DNA from: Vicugna vicugna
Lineage: Eukaryota
NCBI GenBank assembly: GCA_013265495.1
Contig: MU058423.1
Coordinates: 8,603,627 to 8,667,626, forward strand
DNA: 64,000 bases
Reading direction: 5' to 3'
Part shown: positions 37,636 through 50,955 of the stretch, in pieces
Layout of the letters: every line of letters starts with the position of its first letter
Position numbering within the stretch: position 1 is the stretch's first letter
The notes under the pieces: model-generated
The model's input: the letters and a program-made list of their open reading frames with translations, nothing else
Told to the model about the DNA's origin: nothing
Databases searched by the model: none
Program-made: the position numbers and the translations under genes

Positions 37636-38215
37636 CACCGGTTCACCCTCAGATCCAAGTCTTCCCTTTGCCCTGCTTTGCTCTGCATCACAGAGGGACG
37701 GACTCCTGCAGGCTGTACTTCACAGGGTCGCCTGGCAGCCAGCTGTCAGCTGTATTTACCACGGAAGCACTGGCAGCAGATAGGAGGGCAGGAAAAAGGA
37801 AGAAGCCAGGGTGTTCACCTCTGCCCTGGGAGTGAGCCTCAATAAAGCTGCATCTCCAGCCTCCCAGTGGACAGCCTACCCCCTTCGCCCTCCTTCCCTC
37901 CCCCTTCCCCTCACCTGTGCCAGTTTCTGCGACACCCTGGCTTCTGGGCGATGATGGGATCACTTCCTCACTTCATCCCCCCAGCACAGGGACGATAGCG
38001 GCTTTTTGCTGTTACTAACCTCTGGGATATCCCACCATCTTACGTGGCTTCTTGGCTCTTCTATCACGTGTATAAGTAAATCTTCCTAAATTCCCTCCCT
38101 TGCATCTCGCTGGTCGGGGTGACATCAAACGCGCATGCTTAAGCATATCACTGGTGAGAGGAATGGAATGAGCACAGTGGCTTATCTTTATCCACCTTTG
38201 TCCTCTGGGACCGGG
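37636..38215 (+). mobile_element. LTR33-like (ERVL) old LTR
   Basis: gcactggcagcagataggagggcaggaaaaagga ... gccagggtgtt ... gatagcggctttttgctgttactaacctctggg. Confidence 0.6.
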
Positions 38216-38639
38216 GAAGAGCTGTGAAGCTCGAATGTGCATTTCCCCATTTCACCTACTCATTGCCAGCCGCTGTCTTCAGTATTTCTTAATCAAAACA
38301 GGAAAATGATATTAAAAAAAATCCAACTCTGTTTATGTCTCTACATATTTGAAAGTATTAGTAAGTATTCTCAGAATTTTTCCTACTCACCGAAAGACTT
38401 CAAGGCGGGTAGCAGTGAGATTAGAAACTGCACTTCCTCTGCTTTTGTATTCTGCTCGAGAATTTTATCTTCTTCCCTTTGGTTGTCATTTTTTGAAATG
38501 TACTACTTTAGGCTGTATGCCCTTGATTGTTGTGGGTAAAAAAAAATTGCTATTTTTGAAACTATTTTTCTCATTTTGTGTCGGGAAAGAGCAACTTTAT
38601 GAGAAAATTTTTATTGATCATCTTAATGCAGAAGTCAAA

Positions 38640-38957
38640 TGATATTTATATAAAATTTAAGAACATGTGACATTATATTGTACAGGGATGCATTGCTAAG
38701 AGGTAAAACTATAAAGAAAATCAAGACAGTGAATACACTAAGTGTCAGGATGGTGGTTACTCTTGGGAGAGAAACATTTCTGCTCTGGAAAGACCATGTT
38801 CTGAGAGTGCTTCTGGAAGTCAGCAACGTTCTATTCATCGACTGGGTGATGGATACATGACCTTTGCTTTATAATTATGTACTAAACCCTATACATGTGT
38901 TTTATGTATTTTATTCCTATATGTGTTTATATTTCACAACTGAAAAAAGTTAAAAAA
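38640..38957 (+). mobile_element. L1ME-like 3' end
   Basis: ggtaaaactataaagaaaatcaag ... tcaggatggtggttactcttggg ... gttctattcatcgactgggtgatggatacatg ... atatttcacaac plus A tail. Confidence 0.85.
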
Positions 38958-38984
38958 TCAACAACAGTTACAAACTGTAAGACA

Positions 38985-39603
38985 CTACTCCTTAAAAGAA
39001 AACCAGATTATGCCACTCACACAGTTAAGAGTTTCCAAAAATCATTTCCCAATACAGTTAAAATCAGATCCAGATTCCTCACTGTGGACCCTGAGGATAT
39101 ACAAGCCCCGGTGTCCATTCACCTCTCCACCGTCTCCTACACATCGCCCCTTCTTCTCTCAGCCCCACCCACTCAAGCCTTAAATCCCTTGAATATGTCA
39201 AACTCACACCCACCTCAAGGTGTTTGTACTTGCTGTTTCCTCTGCTTAGAGTATGCCATTCCAAACTCTACACCAAGCTGGTGCTGCCTCAAGTGTCATA
39301 TTCATCTCCCAGTTTATCACCACTCAGATGTTCTCCCTTAGTATCTGAGCTGCATTCATCCCCCTGCCCCACCATCCACCCCATCCTCTCCCCACCACTG
39401 TGCTCTATCCTATCACCTTGCTTTGTTTCTCCCATACACTGATCACCGCATGAAATTATGAAATATAAAATATTATTTCATGTACTGATCACTACTTGAA
39501 AGTATCTTGTTACTGTGTTTACCTGTCTGTTGCCATCCCCTACTAGAATACAAACTCCATAAGCACAGGAAATGTTTCTATCTTATTGTTTTTGTCCCAT
39601 CCC

Positions 39604-39637
<34 letters not shown>

Positions 39638-39710
39638 ACCCGCAACCCCGGCATCAGAGCCTGACTGGTACATACCAGATGCTTACTTGCTGAATGTTTG
39701 TTGAATACAT
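38985..39710 (+). mobile_element. L2a-like 3' fragment containing a poly(C) tract
   Basis: tactagaatacaaactccataagcacagg ... cctgactggtacata ... aatgtttgttgaata. Confidence 0.85.
39605..39637. repeat. Pure poly(C) homopolymer, 33 nt
   Basis: Directly visible. Confidence 0.95.
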
Positions 39711-39846
39711 ATTATTTCTTTGTAACAGTCTCTGTCGTGAATATAAATTCATTTATATTCACAGTCTCTGTCTGTGAATATAAATTATCTTTTCTGAAGG
39801 TGCCTCCCTCAGGGCGACCTGGTGTACCTCCTTCATGAGTTTAAAC

Positions 39847-40173
39847 CAGGAGTCAAGCAATGCTGACAAGAGCAAGGCAACTGATATGAGTGAGTGAAGC
39901 TTCCCAGGTCAAGGAAAGGACAGTGGTGGGAAGGCTGGAGAACTGGAGGGTGCGACACCCACCCAAGGTGGCAGCCTCTACTCAGACACAAGAAAACAGC
40001 AGCCCAGTGTGGCTAGACCTTCAAAGTTTTAAGAGAAGTCAGAAACTCAGATTTCTCTGTGAAATGTGTCAAATTATTAAAAGTTGGCTCAAGCTTTTAA
40101 GAATTCCATATGAACCTAATAAAACTTCTCTGTAGACCAAATTTAACTCTGGGGTCTCTGGTTTGAGACCTGG
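39847..40173 (-). mobile_element. MER102-like hAT-Charlie element
   Basis: cccagtgtggctagaccttcaaagttttaagagaagtcagaaactcagatttctctgtgaaat ... aaaagttggc ... ggtttgagacc. Confidence 0.7.
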
Positions 40174-43100
40174 TTTCGGAAGCAGGAAAGAAAATCTCTT
40201 CTGGGGCAAAGAGGTATAGTGTTTGTTATCAGCCTGAAAGGAGGGAAGGGGAAGAGGAAAATAAGGGTGAAATAAAAGTAGGGTTGATACCTCAATATTA
40301 TCCTGCCACAGGGTTTTTCTGAGTGGATGGTCCGTGTGACCATCAAGGTGCTAAGATTGGTTTTAAAGAGAAAAGCAAGAAGGCAGAGTTTTATTTGGGT
40401 TTCATGGATAAAATAAGACAAAATGGTGTCCTGAGGAAGGGAGAATTGATGAACACGGAGGGACTCTTTCCTTTTAGAAAGCCCATCACTGCTGTCCATA
40501 GGGTAAAAGGAACATCACGTGACAAGGATCAGAAATCCATTAGAGACAATTTATGGAAGCTACTGAAGTGTTTCTAAGTCAGAGGATAGGAACTGGGCTG
40601 TGTATGTACACAGACTAGAGTAGCTTGCATTGGAAAACTAGCCGAATGAAATCACCAAAGAAAAACCTTTGCTTTTTTAAACCAATGGCTGTTTTGATTA
40701 ACTAGTGGTCTTGTTCTGTACATTTTGGCACAAACTAGATCTATTTTACTTTGTATATCTACTTTGTGAATTATCAGGCAGTACAAAACTCATCATCCGC
40801 TAGTGTTGTCAGTTCCATGGAATGATTAGGCCTATTTCTCAAAACGAGAAGTTTTCATAAATATAAATAAACACTAGCTATTTCAGAAGACAAATGGAAA
40901 AAATTCAGCCCTGCTCATGGGAGTGGGTCCTGAAATTTGCTTTCTAGTTAACAGGTGACTACAAGTGCTTTCATTTATTGGTGAAAAGTACCTGTCATGG
41001 GCAAACCTACAGTGCAGCATAACCAAGGAGAAGGCTGGAGTTTAGCCAGAGCCCAATAATATAAACACAGACAATAAAACGTGAATACTGGAGGAGAGAA
41101 CTTATATAAACAGAGTGAGGATGATGGTGATGAGGACATGGTGGGGGTAAGAACCAGAATACAATAAGGCATGGAGGGAAAATCAGAAAGGGGAGAATGA
41201 CTTGGGAATAGAGGGTTGGAGAAGAGAGGGAAAATAGAACACCAAATTAAAACAAACGAACAAGCAAAACAAAAGTGGAAAGGAAACCAGGGGAAGGGAA
41301 GGCAGAAAGCAAGAGAAGCAGGAGAGGAAAGGTTCTAACAGTAGCAGGAAAATGTTTGCCCCCGATGTGGGAAGTCTCATAAATCTTGCAGCGAGACATA
41401 TGATTGGAGACACCGGAGGTCACCCGGCAGAATGTACAGTTAGAACACAGCTGTTTTTCTCATGTTCTAGTGTTGACTTCTGAGTTCTGCTGCCTCTTTC
41501 ACTCTGACTTCTGCTCCAGATAATGAACAGTTACCAGTAGGTCTGGATGCCCTAAGTTCCAGTTTTCTAAGTAGAGCTTGGGCAAGTAGGAGGACTTTTG
41601 CCAAGGAGGACCCTGAATTGTGTTACAAGGGACTTTCCGAGGTTGCCCTTAAAATAATACCTCCCCCCGGGGGGATTGGCCCCTCACAGGACTCCGGGAC
41701 GCTGTGGTCACTGGATCACAGCCCAAGCCCATCAGTTATCATCACAAACGTCCGTTTCTTAAAATCTTTCTCATTTTGTACTGCTCTGCTAACAGTGTCT
41801 TTAAACACATCATTTGACAGACCCCAGATGGCATTTTACTGCAGATTTTACTCTCCCTCGGCAGAAAACTGGCCACGTAAACATAAGCACACACTAATAA
41901 TCTGATCGGTGGCTAGGGAAAACTTAAATGCTATGCCAGAAATCACAAAGAAAAATATAGATACCATGTAAAAGTCTTGCGTAAATAAAAAGCAAATTAA
42001 AAGAGAAGGCAAGAAGCTGAGGGAAATATGATTTTAAATTTACTATGTCCTACTGAATTGCCGAAGTAACAAATGCTTATTTTTAAAAAAAGACACAAGC
42101 AATGCAGAAGGTATATATGGAAAAGTGAACGTGACTTCCTTTCCCTCACCGCCACCGACCTTTCATTCTGTTAACAGTTTCTTAATAGTTCTTCTGCACA
42201 TATACAAAGGCTTTCCACATGTACATGCAAACATGTCCCAAGTACCTCCACCAGCCCTGCACTCCTCTCCCACGTCTGTGCTCCTGCATGGACCACAATC
42301 ATGATGCCGAGGATCACCCTCCAGAGCCCGTAGACCGCCTTCAACAGGATGCTCTTTGCTCTTGTGGAGCAGGCTGCATTTCCCTTGGCTGCCCCAGCAC
42401 CTTGTACTCCTGGGTAGCACTACAAGGGTTGGAGATTTTACCCAGGTGGTGAAGTCAGAGGAAAAGCAGAACACTGTTACAATAAATATGACTTTCCCCA
42501 AAGTTTAGGGAAAACAAGAAGCAAGGAGTTGAAACCTTCAGAGGGACTCCATCCATGGGCAAGACTCTGTGCTCCCTAGTGTCCTGTTTTAGCTCCCATG
42601 AAAATACTTGCTTCTACCCTTGGCCATGGAATTTTTTTTTTAACTTAGGAAAACATAAACTGTTATCATAAAGGTGGTTTTATAATTGAGTTATCCCCAG
42701 GATGCCTTAGGAGGACAATCAGTGGTAGCTGCTGACACCCGGAGTCCCACATGTGTGGAACGACAATAGGGGGCACCCCGCACTGAGCGCCTTCAAGATT
42801 TCCCTGACCCCAGTTACTCAGACATCTGTTTATTCTCACGAATATTTAGTAAGTATTTAGCCAAACACACAGAGGCACATATATATTCAAAGTAAAATAC
42901 TAATTCTCAGAGACTGCACTGTGTGAACCACTCAGGAGAAATAGAAATATAATCTTAACCAACTCAAAATTTGTGAGGTGCATATTTCAGTTTGGAGTTC
43001 ATATTCCAATTATTTTGCAGGCTAGAGTTGCTTACTTTCTTTCATTCTCAAACCTCCTCATTCTCAAACTCTTTCAAATTGGGCTCCTTCGTACCTACGT

Positions 43101-43479
43101 GGGAAAAGAAAAGGAATTATAGAAAAGCAATGTCCCTTTTAATGGCTGCACCCTTAGCTAACCAGTTTAAGATCAATCTGGCTTATAATAGCTCAGTTAA
43201 ATTCTTAATTAAGACTTTTCCATTTGAGAGGGGTAAAAACACTAACTTTATTCTTCCAGTAACAACTGCTCCTGCTGATACACACTGTTCTATTTTATGA
43301 AAGGGAGTAATACTGTACACATTCTAAAGATTGCCAGGAAGTACATCATTTGTAAAGAAAATGTAAAAGGGTAATACTCTTGATAAAAAGTCCTCTTATA
43401 AATCCCATTTTTGAAAGGTGAAAGATTTGTATGATCTGAGGAGAAACCAGAGTATTAAATCCCATTTTAAAAAGTCTGT

Positions 43480-44130
43480 AATAGCTAGATGTGCAAAAGA
43501 ACAATGCCATTTAAAAGAAAACTAAATAATAAAATAATAATACATGTATCTTTCTAAATGTAGAAATCAAAATAAAGTAACAATGGGACATCATTGCTAT
43601 TCACAATATTTCAAAAAAAAATTTGTTAATGAGAATCCTGGTAACCATCTGATAAGATAAGCCTCTCGCCTAATCTTGGTAGAATTATAATTTAGTAGAG
43701 CTGATATGAAAAATAATTTGGCAACATGTATTGACACTTTCTCTTAGTACTTCCAGCATATTAATCTCTTCTACATAAATGATAAGAACTATTTTTATGC
43801 ATAAAGTTTTATTTTGATATTAATTAGAGTATCTAAAATTTAGAACAATGTGTCAAACATTAGGGGACCTTGCAGGTATATTATGGTGCATACATGCCAT
43901 AGAATATTATATACATTTTAAAAATGTCTACAGATCTTCTTTTTACTAACATAAGAAAAGATTTAGTGGAAATGTAGGATATAAAATTATTTTAACATCA
44001 ACATAAAGATGTATGGATCAACAATTGAGTAAACAGTGGCTAATTCTACTTGTTCAGGGGTTGAAGATTTAATACATTCTTCATTCTTGGTTATTTTTTC
44101 CAAAATTTTCCACAATGACCATGTAACACT
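43480..44130 (+). mobile_element. Very old L1ME ORF2 end/3'-UTR fragment
   Basis: gaaatcaaaataaagtaacaatgggacatcatt ... aaaataatttggcaacatgtatt ... tattatggtgcatacatgccatagaatattat. Confidence 0.65.
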
Positions 44131-45174
44131 CTTAGCAGCAGAAAATAACCACTCGTACTTAAAAACTATGAACAGAGTTAATATGTTAGATTTAGGCAAA
44201 ATATCAATGACAGAGAGAAAATGGTGGAAGTTGGATCTGATCTGAGGGCTTTCTGACTCTGAAGCCAGAATGTTTTCAATACACAGGCACTATGATCTGA
44301 AATCTTATATACTCTTAAAGTAGACTTCATAAGTTTCACCTGTAGATCCATTGAAAAACCTTGGAATGATATTCTATAAACCCAATTACTCACATTGAAA
44401 AAAAGACTGTCCATCCATATTATTTTATAATTTACCTAGAAAAGAGTATGATTACCCCGAAGTTATAGTGAATTAGGCATTTATATTTAGAACCATATCA
44501 CACTGTTATAAAAAAAATGTAGTGCTTACCTTTATAATGTTAATTAACACTGAGGTGTATATTAACAAGCACATAGGCAAAAACCTCAGAAGGTTTTTAA
44601 ATTATAAATTCAACTCAAAACTATGTAAATTAAGTAAAATATATCCCTTAAGAAGGGATCATATAATGATTCAGATTTAGATGAACGGATTAAAGATTCT
44701 TATGGGGAGTTTTCACATTAAGTAGACGGGACAAGCCCTATTTAATAAAATCTAGAAGTCTTGTAATAAATTCATTAGTTAGGCAGTTAACCTAGTAATG
44801 TTCAGTGGGCAGACTTCAGGATGAATTCAGCATTTCTAAAAACAAGAAGTTCATGTGAACTGAGGAAGCAAAAAATCCCTATATCCTTTCATGTGAAAGG
44901 CAAAGAGCCAAGTAAGAAGTTCATGGAAGTTCTACTTGAAGTTAGCATTATCTACAGAAGGTAAAAAAGAATTCACATGGTTATTCCTTAGGGCAAATGG
45001 GTTGATTCTTCAAGATGTTTCTCGATTCTGTTGAGCAACTGAGCATGTAAAATGCAACAAAACCCTAATGACAAGCATGGAGCTACTTGAAAGCTCTTTT
45101 ATATTCTATTTTCTCATCATAATTGGTTAGTGGATAATTAGGCCAAAAGTCGGGAAATTATATATACTATAACC

Positions 45175-46760
45175 ACATACTCAACAAATCTTTATTGAGC
45201 ACTTAATCTAGGCTGCAGAGATAACAGCAATAATATAAGCCAACACTCCTGCTCTCAAGGAGCTGATGTTTTGGTGGGGGAGTACATACGTAAACAATGA
45301 ACACATAGGGTGATTTCACAGCAGTAAGAGCTATTGAAGAAACATAAGCAGGACAAAGTGAGTAATAATATATGGTTGTGTGACAAACTACTTTAGATAG
45401 AAAGCATTGGAAAAACCTCTTAGAAGAGGTCCAATTTAGACTGAGTTAAGAAGGAAGTGATAAAACAAACTATGACGTGATCCAAAGGAAGAGTGTTCCA
45501 GGTTGAGGGAAGAGGAAGTACAAAGAGACAAGGTGGAAGCAAGCTTGACACCGTTTAAAGAGAATAAGAATAGCTGAAGTTAGAGTGGTCAGGAGAGGAA
45601 GAGATGGGGAAGCCAGTGAGGAACTAGCTCATTTGGAGCCTTAATGACATGATTAGGATTTTATTTCAAATGCACCAGAAGCAATTGGAAGGCTTTAAGA
45701 GAGTAAAATGATCCAATTTATTCTGAGTTATGGCTGCTGTAAGGGAAATAGATTTTTCAGAGGAGCAAATGTGGAAATAGGGATACTATCTAAGAAACTG
45801 ATATTGCAGTAATTCAGGTGTGAGATGATAGTGGCTTGGACTAGAGTGATAGAGATGAAGGTGGTGATGAATGATCAGATTGGAGATGTGGAGACTAGAA
45901 CCAACAGAATGTGCTAATGGGCTGGCTTTATCATACGCAATATGGAGAAAGGTCAGTGATGATTTCCAAGTTGATGGTTTCATTTACTAAGATGTGAACT
46001 GCTAATGGAGAAGCAGTTTTGGGGGCATCAGAAAGGAGGAAGATTGGGAGGTAATCAGGAAATAAATGTGTTTTTTATATGTCAGATTTGAGGTAGCTGT
46101 TAAATGTCCAAGAAGATGTGGTAACTAGATAATTGTTTAGTATACTAGAGTCTGGAGCTCAGGAAAGAGGTTTGGACAATAGATATAATAGCTATAAATT
46201 TTAGAATCATTAGATTATAGGTAGGATTTAAAGCCATAGAACTAATTGAGATTGCTTAGGAGGTAATTGTATCAGGAGAAGTTAAGGACTGAATACTACT
46301 GGATCGCTTCAATAATTGAAAGTTGGATAGATAATGAGGAGCCATCAAAGACATGGAGAGGGAGTGTCCAGTGAGGCAGGAGGGAAACTATCTGGATGCT
46401 TAAGGGGGGAGAGTGTTTCTAGCAGAAGAGGGTTGCCAAAAGGTCAAGTAGGACAAAAACTGACCATTGTACTTGGCAGCTTGGAGGTCACTGTTGACCA
46501 CAAGGAGAGCAGCATATGGGAGGTGGGTACAAAGGTCTCAGTGGAGTGAGTTAAAAAACAATAGAAGCTGAGGAAGTGGAGACAGCAGAAAGAGACTATT
46601 CTTGTCAGGGAATATTTCTGTGAAGAAAGCAGAGAAATGGAGCTATTATTATATAGGGAAATGTCAGTAGAGGGGAGAGTATATATATATTACTTTTTAA
46701 TATTGAAAGATACTAAAGCAAGCATGTATGCATGCTGATGATTGAAGTGATCCCAGTAGA
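45175..46760 (-). mobile_element. Long L2 fragment (~1.6 kb)
   Basis: caacaaatctttattgagcac ... cctgctctcaaggagct ... ggaagagtgttccaggttgaggga ... tggagctcaggaaagaggttt ... ggaggtcactgttgacc. Confidence 0.9.
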
Positions 46761-46959
46761 AAATAAAGATTCTCTGTGTCTAATAAGAAACAATGGTAAA
46801 GTTAAAATTTTCAGATAACGAAAATTCTGTTAAAAATTTAATATTCAGACAAGAGTGTTTTTCCTATGTTTTATGAGGCAAAAGTCTGAAAATTTGAGAA
46901 GGTACTGGAGCACTTAACTGTTGATAAAAAGGAGAAGGGAGATTATAAATAACATTGAT

Positions 46960-47150
46960 ACATTGCCTAAATACTCTACTGATTTTCGAACCCACTCTTT
47001 GAATAGATAATGTTATCATTTTCATCTTATAATTAGAAAATTAAGCTGAGAAATACTAAGTAATTTGTCTAAAGGTAGTAAGAGGGAGAACCAAGATTTC
47101 AAATTAGACCTGGTTTACTACCAAAGCCTTAATTCTTAACCACCGAGGCA
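46960..47150 (-). mobile_element. MIR SINE
   Basis: ttatcattttcatcttataattagaaaattaagctgagaaatactaagtaatttgtctaaagg ... ccaaagccttaattcttaaccac. Confidence 0.75.
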
Positions 47151-47587
47151 ATGCTCCAAAAAAGTCCTGGTTTGATATATTCATCAGTGACCCGCATATA
47201 CTTAAGAAGACCCTCCATTAATGTCAAAAACAAAAAACAAAAACAAAGACTCTTCAGGTGGAGTTTTGGCTCTGGTAATGGCAGAGAAGTTTGTATAAGA
47301 TAAATATTTTTGCAAATAACACATTAACTCTGGACAAACTATCAAAAATAACTTAGTGAAGTTATTGTGGAGTAACCATTAGCAATTAGTAGTTGAAGAT
47401 TTGACTCTTAAAAGAAGGGAAGTGTGTTGATTAATATACACATTTTTAGGGTTTTATTCCTGGGGTCATTCCCCAGTCCATAAAATGTAAAGTGACTAGA
47501 ACTCAAGCAGAAAGCTGTAACTTTATTGGTCTGAAGAGTTTATAGCAGGAGATTAGGACTGCCAGAGCAGGTAGAATTGAAAGAAAA

Positions 47588-49260
47588 CTATGGAACCACA
47601 AAAGACCCAGAATAACTAAAACAATCTTGAACAAGAAGAATAAATCTGCAGACATCACTCTACTAGATTTCAAACCATATTACAAAGCTAAAGTAGTCAA
47701 AACAGTATGACATGGGACTAAAAAAGACACATAGACCAACAGAACAGAATAGAAAGCCCAGAAGTAAACCCATGCCTATATAGCCAACTAATCTTTGACA
47801 AAGGTGCCAAGAATACACAATGAGGAAAGAATAGTCTCTTCAACAAGTGGTGCTGGGAAGACTGGAGCTCCAAATGCAAAAGAATGAAACAGAATCCTTT
47901 TCTTAGATCATACACAAAACGTCAACTCAAAAAGTGGACTAAAGACTTCAACATAGGACTAGAAACCATAAAATTCCTAGAAGAAAACATACAGGAAAAA
48001 GCTCCATGTCATTAGTCTTGGCGATGATTTTTTGCATATAACACCAACAAAAGCAAAAATACATAAGTGGAGCTACATTAAACTAAAAAGTTTCCACAGA
48101 GCAAAGGAAGAATATACAAAATGAAAAGGCAGAAATGGGAGAAAATATTTGCAAACCATTTATCTGATAAGGAGTCAATATCCAAATTATATAAGGAACT
48201 CATACACCTCAGGAGGAAAATGAATGAATGAATAAATAAATAAATAACCCAATTAAAAATGAATAAAGGGCCTGAATAGACATTCTTCAGAAGAAGACAT
48301 ACAAATAAATGGCTAACAAATATATGAAAAGGTTATCAACATCATTAATCATCAGGGAAACATAAATTAAATGAGATATCACTTCACTCATGTTAGGATG
48401 ACTATTATCAAAAAGTCAAAAGATAACAAGTATTAGCAAAGATGTAAAGAAAAAGGAACACATATATTGTTGGTGGGAAAGTAAATTGGTACAACCATTA
48501 TAGAAACTGTATGGAGGTCCCTCAGAAAATTAAAAATAGAACTACTATATCACCCAGCAATCCCAATTCTGAGTCTATATCCAAAGAAAATAAAATGACT
48601 TTCCCAAAGTAATATCTGCACTCCCATGTTCATTGCAACCTTATTCACAATAGCCAAACTATGGAAACAACCTAAGTTTCTGTCAGTGGATAAATGGATA
48701 CAGTAAATGTGGTATATGCATACAGTGGAATATTATTCAGTCTTTAAACAGGAGGAAATCCTGGCATTTGTGACATATAGACTAGTCTGAAGGACACTAT
48801 GCTAAGTGAAATAAGCCACACAATACTTCATGATTTCACTTATACGTGGAGTCGAAGACACAGAACCAGTAGAAGGAGGTTACCAGAGGATGGAGGGGGT
48901 GGAAATGAGGAGATGTTAGTCAAAAGGAACAAACTTTCAGTTATAAAATGAATACATTCTGGAGACCTAAGGTACCATAGGGTGCCTGTAGTTAATGATA
49001 ATATATTGTATACTCGAAATTTGCTAAGAGAGTAGATCTTAAGTATTCTCACAGCATCCACGCACGTGCACACACACACACACACGCACAAAAGGTAACC
49101 ATGTGAGGTGATGAATATGGTAAAATTAGCTTGACTGTGGTAATCATTTTACAATGTATACGCACATTAAGACATCACACTGCACACCTTAAATATATTC
49201 CAATTTTTGTCAAGTATACCTCAATAAAGTTAAAAAAAAGAAAATGAAAAGAAAAATAAA
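47588..49260 (+). mobile_element. L1MA-like 3' portion (ORF2 C-terminus, 3'-UTR, A tail)
   Basis: tatggaaccacaaaagaccc ... tagtctcttcaacaagtggtgctggga ... gaaatttgctaagagagtagatcttaag ... tacctcaataaag plus A tail. Confidence 0.9.
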
Positions 49261-49724
49261 AGAATCAAGGGGAAATGCCAGAAATAAACATCAGTGAATT
49301 TGAATATGAGACAATAGAAATCATGTAAGCTGAGGCACACAGAGGAAACAAGATTGAAATAATTTGAGAACTGATACTAAATGACTTGTTGGAAGTAACA
49401 AGTAGTAAAATATATGTGTAACAGTAGATACAGAAGGACTGGAGAGAGGATATGGGGTCCACAAAACATGAGGAAATACAAACTAAAATTTTTCTAAATT
49501 TTTTCAGTGTAACCCACATATCTAATAATCTCTGCAAACCTAAGCAGAATAAAAACAAAGAAAACCACATCTAAGCATATCATAACCAAACTACTGAAAA
49601 ATAGAAATTAAAAACAAAAATAAGCTTAAAAGTAGCCAGAAGAATAAAATGCATATTAAAAGTTGATGAATAACAATAAGATAATTGATTCAAACATTAA
49701 AGGCTACAAGTTAATAAGTAAGGT

Positions 49725-50955
49725 CATAAGTAAAAATATGAAGTTGGACCCCTGCTTCACAAAAATTAACTGAAAATAGATCCAGGACTAAGAATAAGAG
49801 ATAAAACTATAAAACTCTTAGAAGAAAATATAGAACTAAATCTTCATGAACTTGAATTTGGTAATGGATTCTTAGATACAACACTTAAAGACATGAGCAA
49901 CAAAAGAAAAACAAATAAATTACACTTCATCAAAATAAAATAAAATAAAAACTTCTGTGTGTCAAAGGGCATGATCAAGAAAGTGAAAAGACAACCTATA
50001 GAATGGGAAAAATTCTTTTCACATCATATATATGATAGGGTTTAATATTCAGAATATACAAAAATTCCTACAACTCAACAAAGAAAGACAATCCAATTTT
50101 TAAATGGGCAAAGACCTGAAAAGACATGGCCAAAAAAGGTATACAAGTAGCCAATAAACACATGAAAAATATTCAACACCATTAGTCATTAGGGAAGTGC
50201 AGATGAAAACCACAGTGAGTTAGCACATCACACCTACCAGGATGATTATAAATTTTTTTAGAAAGGTAAATATCACATGTTGATGAGATTGTGGAGAAAC
50301 TAGAAACCTAGTACATTGCTAGTGGGAATGCCAGAGGTTGTGACTGCTGTGGAAAAAAGCTTGAGCTTCTCCTTAGAAAGCCAAACATAGGCTATGATCC
50401 AGCAATTCCATTGTTAGGTATACACCTCAAAGAATTGAAAACAAAGACTCAAATAAATATTTGTACACCAATATTAATTTTGGCATTAGTCATAATAGCT
50501 AAAAGGTGGAAACAACCCAAGTGCCTATCAACAGATGAATGGATAAAGCTGTGATTATATACATACAGTAGAATGTTGTTCAGCCAAAAAAAAAGAAAAA
50601 AAAAAGGAATGAAATTCTGATATATGCTACAACATGGATAAACTTTGAAAACCTTATGTTAAGTGAAATAAGCCAAAAAGGACAAATATTGTATGGTTCT
50701 ACTTACGTGAAATATCTATACTAGGCAAATTCATAGGGAGAAAGTAGATTAGAGGTTACCTGGGGCTAAAAGGATGGAAGCTATTGACTAATAATTAGCA
50801 CAGGGTTTTGGGGGATGATAAAAAAGTTTTGGAAATAGATGATGGTGATAGTTGCACATTATGAAAGTAATTAATATCACTGAACTGTATACTTAAGATG
50901 GTTAAAATGGCAAGTTTTCAGTTACATACATTTTATCATAGTGAAAAAAAATTTA
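49725..50955 (+). mobile_element. L1MB-like 3' portion
   Basis: atgaagttggacccct ... aaggtggaaacaacccaagtg ... atcactgaactgtatacttaagatggttaaaatgg ... ttttatcatagtgaaaaaaa. Confidence 0.88.

Noticed and set aside
39507..39704. Polyproline ORF
   Set aside because: It is only the translation of the poly(C) tract inside an L2.
47718..47915. Antisense ORF resembling database 'hypothetical proteins'
   Set aside because: It is the reverse strand of L1 ORF2, a common source of spurious annotations; the same applies to 12121-12309.
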